NCBI GenBank assembly: GCA_965203295.1
Contig: CBDBCZ010000001.1
Coordinates: 26,691-90,690, forward strand
Direction of reading: 5' to 3'
Source of the DNA: Nitrospirales bacterium
GTDB lineage: Bacteria > Nitrospirota > Nitrospiria > Nitrospirales > UBA8639
DNA: 64,000 nucleotides
This document shows, in pieces, positions 1 to 11,614 of the stretch (position 1 is the stretch's first letter; the number at the start of each line of letters is the position of its first letter). Both the position numbers and the translations under genes were made by a program. Under the pieces are notes generated by a model. The model ran no database searches. It was not told the DNA's origin and worked only from the letters and a program-made list of their open reading frames with translations.

Positions 1-30
1 CTAGGTTTTATTTTCCTTTTTTTATTACAG

Positions 31-3000
31 AGAATGAAGTTGATGGCCATGCTTTCCTTCTGCTGGAAGAGAAAGAACTGGAGTAAGTCATGACTCGTAG
101 TTTAAGCATCATATTGATTACTGGATTTCAATTTTAAAAAAAATACTATATCTGTGTTCAATTTAGGATTCTGGTGAAACCCATTGGTGCTAGACTGAAG
201 TTGAGGGAAAAGCAAGCACAGCTAAAAACCCAACCATCCAAGGTTAATACACACTAAGTTGCAAGTGTAAGCTTCCAGTGGCCACATAGAGTGTTGATGC
301 TTGAGTGCCACCTGCAGCACACAATACACTGGTTGAATAACTTTGTTGGTAGTTTACTTTCACTTTGTGGTTATAGGATGATCGTGAACACCAGCCGACT
401 ATGGTGGCAAACAGCAGTGCTTGTGGGGAGACACTGGATGACTTCACTGTTACGGTGAGACTTGCATTTTGCAGTCTGCACACATGTTAACCTGGTGACC
501 TGGTCTCAACACTTACCATGCACTGCTTAAATTAATTATAGTTCATGGTTAGCCTCGTTCCCAGTCCTTCCCATCCAATTTTTGTCTCATAGCCTTTATT
601 TCACAACTGTTGAGAAAAGGGAGGATTACGATTTTGTGTAGTGTGTAATGATTGTGTATCTAAACTCAAGGTTGATGACACATCCTGTGATGAAGATGTC
701 CAGCAGTTTCACTCGGACTACAAACAGGTAAATAATGTGTTTCAGTTAGTGTATAACTTGTTTCGGGTCTTACTGGTACGTAACATCTTCTGTAGCCTAT
801 CGGAGATGATGTAGAGTTTGATTCTTCTTTTGACGATGATGAGGGTTGTGTTTCATCAACACCTCGTTCTGAACAACAAGGCATGCAACAAGTAGGTTTT
901 TCATACTAGGCTTACGTGTATTTTAGAATGTGTATTGTAATAATCATACATTGTGAACTCATCAAGAGAAGAAAGCTTTCTGAGAGAGTAAAGAAATCCC
1001 GAAAAATTGGGACCCAGCTGGGGATTGAACCCAGGACCTTCTGAATACTAGTCAGATGCTCTTACCAATTGAGCTACTGGAGCCCCCTTGGCAGAGGAGC
1101 AGTAGGCAAGCTTTATAGAGCCACTAAACCCGATAGTAGCACTTGCCAGTAGGACCCAGCCAATTCCAACTGTAATTACTCTCTCATTATAGGCCTCTCC
1201 CCCATCTAAACACGAGAAACGTGCTACACCCAAACTTTAAGTATGATGGATACTGCAATTACCATGTGTACATTAGTCTCTAAAAAATTTGCTTATTTTT
1301 GGTATACACCCGTTTACCTTCTCTATATATAGCCATCCGAAAGTGTTTCAGTGATCGAAACTTCCTCTGATGACGAAAAGGGTGACGAGTATCCCACCGT
1401 GTATTCACAGCCAAAAGCCCAAGGGATGCAACAAGTAAGTTTTTGTATGTAATGTACACTATACGTTAATTGCTTGGTGGATGAAGGACATTGTGGTGGA
1501 AAGCCAGGCTCCTGGCCTGCTGTCTAGCATACTGTACATACATGTAAGCGAAGCTATATCCATACTGTTTGTGCTGTAGGAAAACTGCTATGACAATCTG
1601 ACAACACATGCGTGCTTGCTTCAGCTTACCCACGAAATACTCTTATGTGCACTGGTGTTAATAGTATGCATGGCCAACACGTTCATGTGCATAAATTGTA
1701 TACCAAAATTAGCCTTTGTTAAGTGTTCCACTGTTTCTTTTTATATTATAGGATTGCAACACAGTTCCGCAGGAACTTGACAACCCGCCAAAACGTTTCA
1801 AAACTGAGGCATCAAGCGATACCCCTTCAAAGAAGCTTCAGGCATGCAAAAGAGTAAAGAGGGAGAAGGAAAATGAGCCGCCATTGCCACAGCCGTTTGG
1901 GTTGCCTCGTAACTACCCGAGAATTGTCAAAGACGGAATAGCAAAGGGGTGCTTGACGGGGAGAGCAAGAACCAAGTTCATCTCGACAGTTGCTGCTACA
2001 GTTTTCTACCACAAGAGCTACCCTACCAAAGATGAGTACACCCATGTTGCTCAGCAGATTATCAAGAACCACCCGTTTATGAACAGTGGAAGAGGGAGTG
2101 GCCACGTAAGTCAACTATTGTGTTCGTATATAACATACTGTGGGTGTGTTGATTTAGTAGATTGAGAGCACTTTACAAATTTAGGTCCTGGCATCCACAT
2201 TAGTCAGAACTAGTGGGCTTTGTCCTTTGTTCTCCTATGCACAGTCTGTATATTTGTTGTGATACCGATAAGTCGTGGCTGTCGTTTGCATGCATGCCAC
2301 ATTTTGGATTCTACAGTATAGGTACAGTTGCATTACAAACTCTTCGAAGATGATAAGCTTTCTGAGAGAGTAAAGAAATCCCGAAAAATCGGGACCCAGC
2401 TGGGGATTGAACCCGGGACCTTCTGAATACTAGTCAGATGCTCTTACCAGTGCACTGAGCTACCAGAGCCCCTTGGCAGAGGAGCAGTAGGCAAGCTTTA
2501 TGTAGCCACTAAACCCGCTAGTAGGACTTGCCAGTAGGACCCAGCCAATTCCAACTGTCATTACTCTCTCATTAGGCTATCCCCCCATCTCTGAAACACG
2601 ATGAATGTTCTACGCCCAAACTTAGTCTCGATCAGTCTTCATGTTAGTTACCTAACCTCACTTTGTATAGGAATACCTAGTACCAGCTCTTCAAGATAAG
2701 CTGAAGTACCTGCGAAACTATCGAGGTGCCAATGAGGAGAAGGAAAAACCGAAGCTGGAAGTAGATAGTAGCAGACAATCCACTGAACGCCCAAGAAAGA
2801 GAATTGCCCCAAAGCCTCCCACGCTAGTGTCCAGCTTACCAAGAGAAGACGATGCAGCAGTTGAAAGACACCTCAAGTTTCTGCAAAAGGAGGAGAAGAA
2901 GCTACACCCAAACAGGCACGTTGTGTCTGGGCTAATGAGGAAGACATTCCTCTCCCGACGGCAGAAAATCCTTGAAGAATCCATCCCTCTGTCCACCCTC

Positions 3001-4396
3001 CTCCAGACTTATCCCTCCCTTCGTCACTACGATCAAGTAAGTATTAGCAGCACTCTCTCATTGTTATTAGTGTGCTTGTACCCAGGCCTTTCCAGTCCAG
3101 ACTTCATATAGCCTGGTCCATTTGATTTTGGGATTACATACATCCATAGGTGATGAACGAACTACTTTAGTTTAATGATCGCCAACAATTTTGCTAAAGA
3201 AATTAAATTTTGTTTGTGTGCACATATAATTATATCTGAATTAGTATACTTCATTTTCAGTTGAAATGAGTGCATATAGACCGAGAATGACTGGACAAAG
3301 CCAGTAGCAAATTTGTGCCATTAGCTATGTAGCATTTAGACTAGCTACATGTACGTAGTCTGTATAGTATAGGCATACCACATATTTCTTTGTTCTTACA
3401 TCACGGACATTGAGGGAGTGTACCCTGGCCCCCTCCCCCAGTTTTTCTCCTTACGGTTATGAAAATGGCTAGTGCAAGTAAACTTTATCAGCATTGTCAA
3501 ACTACAAGAAAACACATGTTATCTTGTATGGGTACAAAGGTAAGGGAAGAGTGCTTAATTTCCATTTATGACCTGTTTGTAGATTATTGCCGAGTTCACT
3601 GACATCATGGGTCAGGATATGTTGGCGGTGTTCCGGGAAAAGTGGGAGACTCTGGAACAGAAGCTGCTAGTCATTGCAGCTGATGAGACAGACAATCATC
3701 GGATTCAAACGGTGCTGGATCTAGCTGGGGAGAACATGTCGGATGGTAAGTAGAATACTTCATCGCCTCAAAATTTACCATAGACTGTGATGCAGGGTGT
3801 AACACTATAACTTATATTTCTCTACTTTATATTCTATAGAGTGCAAGAGTATCACAGCCCTGTGCTGTCTCTGCTACTTGCTACCCGATACTAGAAGCAA
3901 ACCAGATCATGAGGCGATCGTGTTTTTCGCTCCAGTAAGTGAAACCCTTCTATAGTTAACTGTGTGCATGGTTACATTCTGATTATTGAGCATCAGATCG
4001 CATGACAATGTAGTGAAACTAGTATAAAAAGCATGCACATGGCAGTGGAGCAGTTAGTCACTCTTTGGTTTTACCCCATTTGTATAGGAAAATGCCAATG
4101 TAAAGGCAACAGGCAAAGAGCTGAAAGCACCACAGCCCTGTGTCATTATCAGGGGGTGCATGTCGAACCCGAAGGATGCATTTCTGGCAGCCGAAAAGAG
4201 TGTCCTATGCAGAATATCACGAGTTCAAGAACTTGGACTTATTCTACTTGCAAGTTTTTATGTGTTTAATATGCACTACACACATGGCTTTGCCAATTTT
4301 TTTACCTTTCTGGAGTGCATTCTGTTAGATCAGAAAGCACCAAAAGAAAAAACGAGGATAGGACACCTCATGGCACAGCTACAGCACACCATGTAA
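31..4396 (+). CDS. SAM-domain protein, SAMD3-like (5' end outside window), 11 exons, about 580 aa in window
   Basis: Exons 31-82, 167-242, 377-454, 671-727, 796-891, 1333-1434, 1752-2105, 2671-3036, 3583-3745, 3840-3934 and 4088-4396 have GT/AG borders and join in one open frame to TAA at 4394-4396. The N-terminus ENEVDGHAFLLLEEKELEILVKPIGARLKL is SAM-like. The later YPTKDEYTHVAQQIIKNHPF, LMRKTFLSRRQKI and LLASFYVFNMHY...FLE segments resemble SAMD3-like proteins. Confidence 0.8.
955..1236 (-). mobile_element. tRNA-containing interspersed repeat (SINE-like), copy 1, intronic
   Basis: About 280 bp shared with 2338-2623; contains a tRNA-like core at 1010-1083. Confidence 0.75.
1010..1083 (-). 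tRNA. tRNA-Thr(AGT)-like sequence, probably repeat-borne or a pseudo-tRNA
   Basis: Minus strand reads GCTCCAG TA GCTC AATTGGTAA GAGC A TCTGA CT-AGT-AT TCAGA AGGTC CTGGG TTCAATC CCCAG CTGGGTC C. This folds into a full cloverleaf with A and B boxes, anticodon AGT, and one acceptor-stem mismatch. Confidence 0.65.
2338..2623 (-). mobile_element. tRNA-containing interspersed repeat, copy 2 (tRNA core about 2392-2469, D-loop insertion)
   Basis: Colinear match to 955-1236, including both flanks of the tRNA core. Confidence 0.75.
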
Positions 4397-4675
4397 TTTC
4401 TCTTTTTTTTTAGAGTTCTGAAGTTTTTTTTATAGTACTGTTCTTTTCTTTGTGTACATGTATGTAACATTCTTTCAGTACATGCAGTATATATATATGA
4501 ATAATTTGACACTTCATATCACACCACTTCAAGAGTGATAATCACACCAATGCAAGGTGTAAACCTTACACCAAGAGGCGATAGTATAAGTTTCACACTA
4601 ATTTTTGGTATGACCAGTGTGGCAGCAATTTCATACCAATTTTAGTATGAATTTCATACCACAGTTTTTGCAGTG

Positions 4676-4840
4676 TAGGCCTTAGGGGCCATGCATTGTC
4701 TCTATTGCTATAAAAGTGCTGTCCTGTATGTCTGAAAAGAGAGAGAAAAGAAAGAGAACTAAGCGCTGCTAAAAAGAATAATAATTATTGCAGTGAAAGA
4801 GACGTGTGCGATCGCAGAGCGAGAACCCGGCCACAACACA
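4676..4840 (+). repeat. 5' LTR, right portion (first 114 bp displaced by the CACTA insertion)
   Basis: Near-identical to 11123-11285. Confidence 0.9.
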
Positions 4841-4858
4841 TGGGGGCTTGTCCGGGAT
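4841..4858 (+). promoter_or_regulatory. Primer-binding site, tRNA-Pro type
   Basis: TGGGGGCTTGTCCGGGAT directly after the LTR; one mismatch from the tRNA-Pro PBS TGGGGGCTCGTCCGGGAT. Confidence 0.85.
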
Positions 4859-4953
4859 TCGTCGGTCGCAACTAGCCGCAACGAATTCGAAGCAAGTTCG
4901 TGGAGAGCGTCGACGCCGGGAAAGGCGCGCTCGAGTTGCGGCTCTGAATCGAG

Positions 4954-6600
4954 ATGGCCACGAGACAGGGCCAACTGAGAGAGCAGGTAGCGAGCCTGCG
5001 GGAAGAGAATCAGCGACTGGAAGGGCTGGTTCGACACCAGAAGGCGGGCGCGAGTCCCGCGGAGAAGGCTAAAACGCCGTACGGCAGCGCTAAAAGTCAG
5101 AGCCAGGACCTGGTGGTAGCGCGGCAAGAGATAATGCAACTAAGAAGCCAGTTCGAGCAATTGCAGCACGAGGCGCAGACAGCTCGAGAGGAACTGGATG
5201 CATGCAGTTCGCCAGCGAGAGGGCGAAGCGATCGAGCAACTTGACCGGTCTCGAGCGGAGACGCTGAACGACAAAAGGGAGGTCGAACGGCTAACAGCGC
5301 AAGTTGCCGAACTGCAGCGAGGTCTCCAAACGGCCAATGAACGGGCTGCCTTCGCCGAGCAGCAAGCCGAGAGATTCGCCGGTGAACTTCGGCGCAGTCA
5401 AGAGGAGGCCGAACTACAGCAGTTTAGGGCCCTGCATGGCCCTGCAAGAAGAGAAGTGGGAGAGGCGAGAGAAACGCCTGGAGGAGCAACTACAGAGGGT
5501 CACAACCCGGGAGGAGCGCTTGGAGGTCCAGCCGTCCGAAGACAGACGGAGACGGGAAGCTGCATCCAAACCCGCTACAGAACAACCCTGGAAAACGAAG
5601 ACAGAGGCTGGTCTGGAACTGGGTACAGCAGGTACCAGCAGTCAACCTCACCCATCGCCTCCACCCCTCATCCACTGTCCTGAAGCCGTAACTCCCAAGG
5701 ATACAGGTGACTCCCAAGAGGCCCGAGGTGAGGGAATTAATAGAGAATCTTGTCAGTTTGCACATACGAGATTCAATAGTTTGACCCCTTAATTGGCATT
5801 TACCACCGATACCTGAATTTTCGGGAAACGACCAATCCCCCGGAAGTAACACATTCCAACAATGGCTTGAGCAGTTTGACATGGTAGGTGAGTTGGCACA
5901 GTGGCCTAAGCATATAAAGCTAAAGCAGTTAGCCTTACGCCTTCGTGGGCCTGCTCAAGCCTATATTACCAGACCTGCTGTGAAACACAGAAGCACGACT
6001 ATACAGCACTAGTCCAAGCCATGTCAAAGAGATTCATCCCAGTGAGAATACAAGCACTAGAGTGCAGTACATTCCATGAAAGGAAACAAGGCAAGAAAGA
6101 ATCTGTAGATACATATGCCCAAGAGTTACAGCGGTTGTTTCAAAGGGGCTATCCTAGTGCAGTTCGTGGCAATGCAGATGCCCAGGAGATGGGGCAGGCA
6201 GTCTTAAGCAGTCAGTTTGTTGGGGGTCTGGTTCCAGAAATCAAGAGAAAAATCGCATACCTGGAAGGGGCTACATTCTCGGGAGCTCTGGCAAAAGGCC
6301 CGCTTCGAAGAGGTGCGTCTGCGGGACCTGGAAAGTACCAGTGGATTCCCAAGGAAACCCTATGGGATGGCAGACAGGTACCGAATGGAAAATCCTCTAC
6401 CCAGACCAAATTGGAATCCCAACCCTGGAATAGCAGCCAGACCAATTCCCAATTCTGGATTAGCAGGACAACCCAGTCGGAAAGAAGTCCTTTGTTTCAA
6501 ATGCCACCAACCTGGTCATATTGCCCGGAACTGCCGACATGGGAGGTTGTTTGGCCAAGGTCTGTCTAGGACCAGAGAACCAGAAGCACTCGGTCGACCG
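4954..6600 (+). pseudogene. gag: gag (coiled coil, capsid-like region, CCHC zinc knuckle), frameshifted
   Basis: RKQGKKESVDTYAQELQRL capsid-like motif and CFKCHQPGHIARNC knuckle at about 6493-6534; split over several ORFs. Confidence 0.85.
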
Positions 6601-7317
6601 CCTACAACCAAAACAGCTGCTGCGACACCTGCCAACAAGGGTACACAGCTGGCAGAGGAAGCTTCGGAAGAACCGTTAACCTGGTTATATGGGGCACAGC
6701 CTGCACAAGAAGTTGAAAACTTCCCCGGGCCAGGCTCAGACTCAGGCCAGCCCCCCAGGCTGGGCTCTACTCCAAAGCTACCTGTGACTATTGAAGGGAA
6801 GCTACCTGTGACTATATTGAAGGGATTGAGGTCCAACAAGTCATATCCAAGGCACTATGCAGAAAAATTCTGGATCAACAAGAGGAACAAATTGTCACTC
6901 AACCCTTGAAACACACAGACATCGAATGGCTCAAAATCTTCAATTGAGAAAACCAAGCCTACAGCTACAGGCAATACTGCGGCACACAGTTACCAATTGG
7001 TGCAGAAATCACCCTACATCTGCAAACAGGAGACTGCCAGACCAAAGGTGTAGCACTTGTGCAAGAAGACACACCTGTAGAATTACTACTAGGCACACAT
7101 CTCATGCCACAACTTGGTGTGCAGGTCCTTGACAGCAAGGGGCACTCTCTGCTGTGTTTACAGTCAACTCAAGAGAAAATCCTTCCTTCCTACCGAACAC
7201 CTCAGTTCAGCAAATGTAACTGATTTATTGCAGCCACTGCCAACAGAAGAAAGCAATTCAAGTGCAAGCTTAGAGCATCCTCTGAACTCAACTAAACCTG
7301 AACACAGCCGGAAAGTG

Positions 7318-7650
7318 CCAGCTTCATGCCAGCTTGTAAGTGGCAGCCGCCGAGCACCAGCCAACCCCAAGGCAGAAGGACATCTCAGAGCAGTTGTTTG
7401 ATTGGTAAGGGCCTCTAAATTGCCGGCATGTTCTGGAAAACTGTTATGCGCACAAGCCAAAGCAAGACCAGTCAAGTCTGCAAACACAGCCGGAGCTTCA
7501 CACCAGCTCGTAAGTGGCAGCCGCCGAGCACCAGCCAACCCCAAGGCAAAAGGACATCTCAGAGCAGTTGTTCGATTGGTAAGGGCCTCTAAATTGCCGG
7601 CATGTTCTGGAAAACTGTTACAAGCCAAAGCAAGACCAGTCAAGTCTGCA
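7318..7650 (+). repeat. Tandem duplication (about 175-bp unit) inside the Gypsy element
   Basis: CCAGCTTGTAAGTGGCAGCCGCCGAGCACC...GCAAGACCAGTCAAGTCTGCA occurs twice. Confidence 0.85.
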
Positions 7651-8159
7651 TACCCTCAAATATTTGAGCCAAAAAGTTATTTGCACGACAACACTGTCGA
7701 TATAGCAAGTTCTATACTGTCACCGAGCAGCAAAGGTCGACTACTCTTACCCGTCGACTACTCTAGCAGCAAAGGTCGACTTACCCGTATTTAACTTCGC
7801 TGAGGCCCCGACCCGGCTGAAAAGAGGCCAGATACCTTGGCTGGATACAACCAGCAAATGCAATGGAAATAGAGCAGTCACCCTCTATTACACATGCTAC
7901 ATCTCCGAACAATGATACAATGGACGCTAGTTTTGTGGAAGCAACAAAGCAACAGCCTAACTCTGGATTTAATTCTGAATGTGAACAAGAAGTCAACAAT
8001 CCAATCCAGTCGCAGCCAGCCACAGAGTCTCCCACACCAATTATCAAAGCTGTCACTACCAGTGACAATCCCAGAGATGTGCATAGTCATGGTCATAGTC
8101 ATGGTCGACTAGAGAAGCTGAAACCTGACTTGCAACTGAACAAAGCTGCAATTCCTCCA

Positions 8160-10800
8160 GAACAAGTTGTCACCCTTGAGACCTTTCTGCTTGACAATGC
8201 AGATGTGTTTGCTCTCGACAGCAGTGAGCTGGGTAGTACACAAGTTGTACAGCATTCGTATTGACTACCGACGCCTTAAACTACTATCACCAAACGAGAC
8301 GCCCATCCGTTACCCCGCATTGACGACACCCTTGATGCTCTTGCCGGAGCCCAGTATTTCACTACATTAGATCTGGCATCAGGATACTGGCAAGTGGCTA
8401 TGAATGAGTCCAGCTGAAAGAGAAAACGGCATTTGTTACCCACTCAGGACTCTATGAATTTTCTGTAATGCCATTTGGACTTTGCAATGCGCCTGCCACC
8501 TTCCAGCGCCTAATGGAAAGTGTCCTTGAAGGATTGGCCAGAAAGCAATGCTTCGTTTATCTCGATGACATTCTTGTGGTTTCCAGCACCTGGGAGGAAC
8601 ACCTCCAAAACCTCCACCTAGTTTTGAGAGAGTCCAAAAGGCAGGACTTCGCTTGAAACCGAAGAAATGCTCATTGCACAGCGAACACATACCTTGGACA
8701 CGTGATCTCCAAGTCTGGAATAAGCGTTGATTCGCCAAAAGTGGAGAAAATCCAGAACTATCCCATTCAAAAGAGCCTGAAAGCCCTGCGTCAGTTCCTG
8801 TGAATTGCATCATACTACAGGCGCTTCACGCCTCAATTCTCAGAAATTGCTGAGCCACTTTATGCTCTTACCCGCAAAAATACCCCCTTTGTGTGGACTT
8901 CAGCCTGTGAGAAAGCATTTGAGAGATTGAAGGAGCTACTTACCTCCCCCCCCCCCCCAATACTTGCAACCCAAATTCTAATCGATCCTTCGCACTGGAG
9001 ACAGATGCGTCGGCCCTAGGACTTGGAGCAATCCTAGCCCAGGAACAGGCAGATGGGACTGTCAGACCGATAGCCTATGCCAGCTGAACGCTACAGAAAC
9101 ATGAGCGTCACTATGGGATCAGTGAACTTGAAGCCCTGGCAGTAGTGTGGGCAACGAAACATTTCCATGCCTACCTGTATGGCCACAAATGTAAAGTGCT
9201 AACCGACCACTCAGCCTTAAAGTCTTTGCTTAACACACCTCATCCTTCTGAGAAACTAGCCTGTTGGGGACTAGCTCTACAGGAACTCGACCTGGACATT
9301 GAGTACCGCCCTGGAAGACAGAATTCAGCTGCAGATACACTGTCTCGTATTCCCCAAGACAACCCTTCGGAACCAACTGAAACCAACTGTGCTGCAGTTG
9401 CTACTTTGAAACCGATACCTTCCGAATCTAAAAGAGTCAGAATGGCCAAAGCTGCAAGCAGCAGATAAAGAGTTGGCTGAGATGACTGCATTTATAAAGA
9501 CAGGAGAACTCCCTACTCCCTCCAATGCAAAACAAATCATTTTGAAGTCAGCTAATTTCTCCTTAGTTGATGATGTGCTTTACTACACCCAGCCAGATGG
9601 TCGTTTACTGCTAGTAGTTCCCAAGGACCAGAGGCAACAACTCATTCAAGAAGCGCACGGGGGAGTTATGGCAGGACACCTGCGCGAAATGAAATATACA
9701 GTCAGCTACAAAAGCACTACTGGTGGCAAAGCATGCGAGCTGATGTACGAAAGTTGTGTCAGTCGTGTCTGGTGTGTGCTTCTCGCCACGTTGGGTAAGC
9801 TCATAAGCCTCCACTCTCTCCCATTCCGGTGGCTGGCCCTTTTGATTGCCTTGGAGTCGACACCATCGCAGTGGTGTACATGGACTATTTAACGAAATGG
9901 CCAGAAGCAGATCAAACAGCTACAACTGTAGCCCAAACACTTGTGGAGGTTCAGTCGCCACGGAGTCCCCACAAAATTGCTATCAGATAGAGGTGCTAAC
10001 TTCCTATCAGACTTGCTGCACGAAGTCTATGTTCTACTGCGGATCAAGAAAATTAATACATCAGCATACCACCCCCAAACTGATGGATTGGTCGAAAGAT
10101 TCAACAGAACATTGACCGATATGTGAGCCAAGACTGTTGATCAGAGCGGCCGAGACTGGGATAAAAGAATCCCTTATGTTCTGTATGCCTACCGGGCAAG
10201 TCTGCAAGAATCTACACGAGAGTCCCCATTTTATTTGCTTTATGGACGGGATGCAAGACTCCCTACAGAAGCTACCCCAACCACGGACATGCTACCAAGT
10301 CGACCTGGATGACTACAAAACAGATCTCGTTTGTAATTTATAAGATGCCTGGAAGCTACAATGCAGAATCTACACGAGAGTCCCCATTTTATTTGCTTTA
10401 TGGACGGGATGCAAGACTCCCTACAGAAGCTACCCCAACCACGGACATGCTACCAAGTCGACCTGGATGACTACAAAACAGATCTCGTTTGTAATTTATA
10501 AGATGCCTGGAAGCTACAAATTACAATGTCTGCCAAGCCCAGAGAAAGCAGAAACAACAGCATGCTAGGAAGGCCAAGTCAAGAGAGTTTCATGTTGGCG
10601 ATCGAGTATTCGTTCACATGCCTGGTGATGTTCGTGGCAAAGCTTGGAAGTTTTCCAGACCTTTCCATGGCCCACACAGAATCCTGGAATTAACTCCAAC
10701 TAATGCAAATGTTCGCTTAGTGGACAGACCACAGGATAAACCCATCTTTGTTTCCCTGAGCAGACTGCGAGTATGTCCAGACGAAATCCCCGCTGGAGAG
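8160..10800 (+). pseudogene. pol: pol (RT, RNase H, integrase), frameshifted with internal deletions
   Basis: RT: DYRRL, LDLASGYWQV, MPFGLCNAPATFQRLM, YLDD (about 8557). RNase H: ETDAS, ELEALAVVWA, LTDH. Integrase: EAHGGVMAGH, LLSDRGANF, TSAYHPQTDGLVERFNRTL, and GPY/F-like FHGPHRI. Confidence 0.92.
10206..10518 (+). repeat. Tandem duplication (about 158-bp unit) in integrase
   Basis: AGAATCTACACGAGAGTCCCC...GATGCCTGGAAGCTACAA occurs twice, essentially identical. Confidence 0.9.
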
Positions 10801-11008
10801 ACCTGGTCAGGCAGGAGGCAGCGACGCCGACGACACAGGAGCAAAGACTACCAAGAAGGGCCACCGATCGGAGACTCCAACCCCAGTAGGGACTACTGAT
10901 GTCTACCTGGATGCCCCTGCTGTAACTGATGGTGGAAGCCTAGAACCCAAACCCTGGTCTGGACGGCTTCGACCTCGGCGCGGACGTCGCTGACTGGCCG
11001 GAGGGACG

Positions 11009-11285
11009 TGTAACCCCAGGTTACTGAACACATACTTGGACAATAGATGATGGTACTCATGTATGTTCTGCCCTAAGCCTTGTTTATGATTTATGTATTA
11101 GTTGTCGGCTAGTCTGTTTTGTTAGGCCTTAGGGGCCATGCATTGTCTCTATTGCTATAAAAGTGCTGTCCTGTATGTCTGAAAAGAGAGAGAAAAGAAA
11201 GAGAACTAAGTGCTGCTAAAAAGAAAAAACTATTGCAGTGAAAGAGACGTGTGCGATCGCAGAGCGAGAACCCGGCCACAACACA
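11009..11285 (+). repeat. 3' LTR (TG...CA)
   Basis: Starts TGTAAC at 11009 and ends ...CCACAACA(CA) at 11283 or 11285; internal TATAAAA at about 11156. Confidence 0.9.
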
Positions 11286-11614
11286 CCTTTGATCAAACCG
11301 AGGTAGAATTATCAATAGAATGACTATGAACAGTTGTCATATACTACTGTACTTGTAAAAACAATTACTATCTAATGCCTCCTTGAGTTCAAAATTCAAA
11401 TTATGTGATCACAGGAGCCGTGATACCACTGCTTCCAATTGCCGTTGCATATGATCATTAATTCTGTCTGATTCTACCTTGACCGGCCGAGCCATTGGCC
11501 TGCATGACTGCTTGAGGGAAAATGCATCTATCTTCCCTTCCTTGATGCACTTGAGGAATGAAGGCTAGAAGACTTGTTTAGTGCTTTAATAATTAAGCCT
11601 AGCTCTTCATGCTC

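Larger units (their letters stand above)
1..4675 (+). mobile_element. CACTA/EnSpm-type DNA transposon, right arm (contains the SAMD3-like gene)
   Basis: Ends ...TTTTTGCAGTG at 4675 (reverse complement CACTGCAAAAA). Subterminal (C/T)A(C/T)ACCA(A/C) repeats lie at about 4520-4662. The end abuts the interrupted Gypsy LTR at TA (4676-4677). The left end is not visible, so inclusion of the gene is inferred. Confidence 0.65.
4676..11285 (+). mobile_element. Ty3/Gypsy LTR retrotransposon, decayed
   Basis: 5' LTR remnant 4676-4840 matches the 3' LTR at 11123-11285. PBS at 4841. Domain order is gag (CCHC), RT, RNase H, integrase, with many frameshifts. Purine-rich GGAGGGACG precedes the 3' LTR. Confidence 0.95.
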
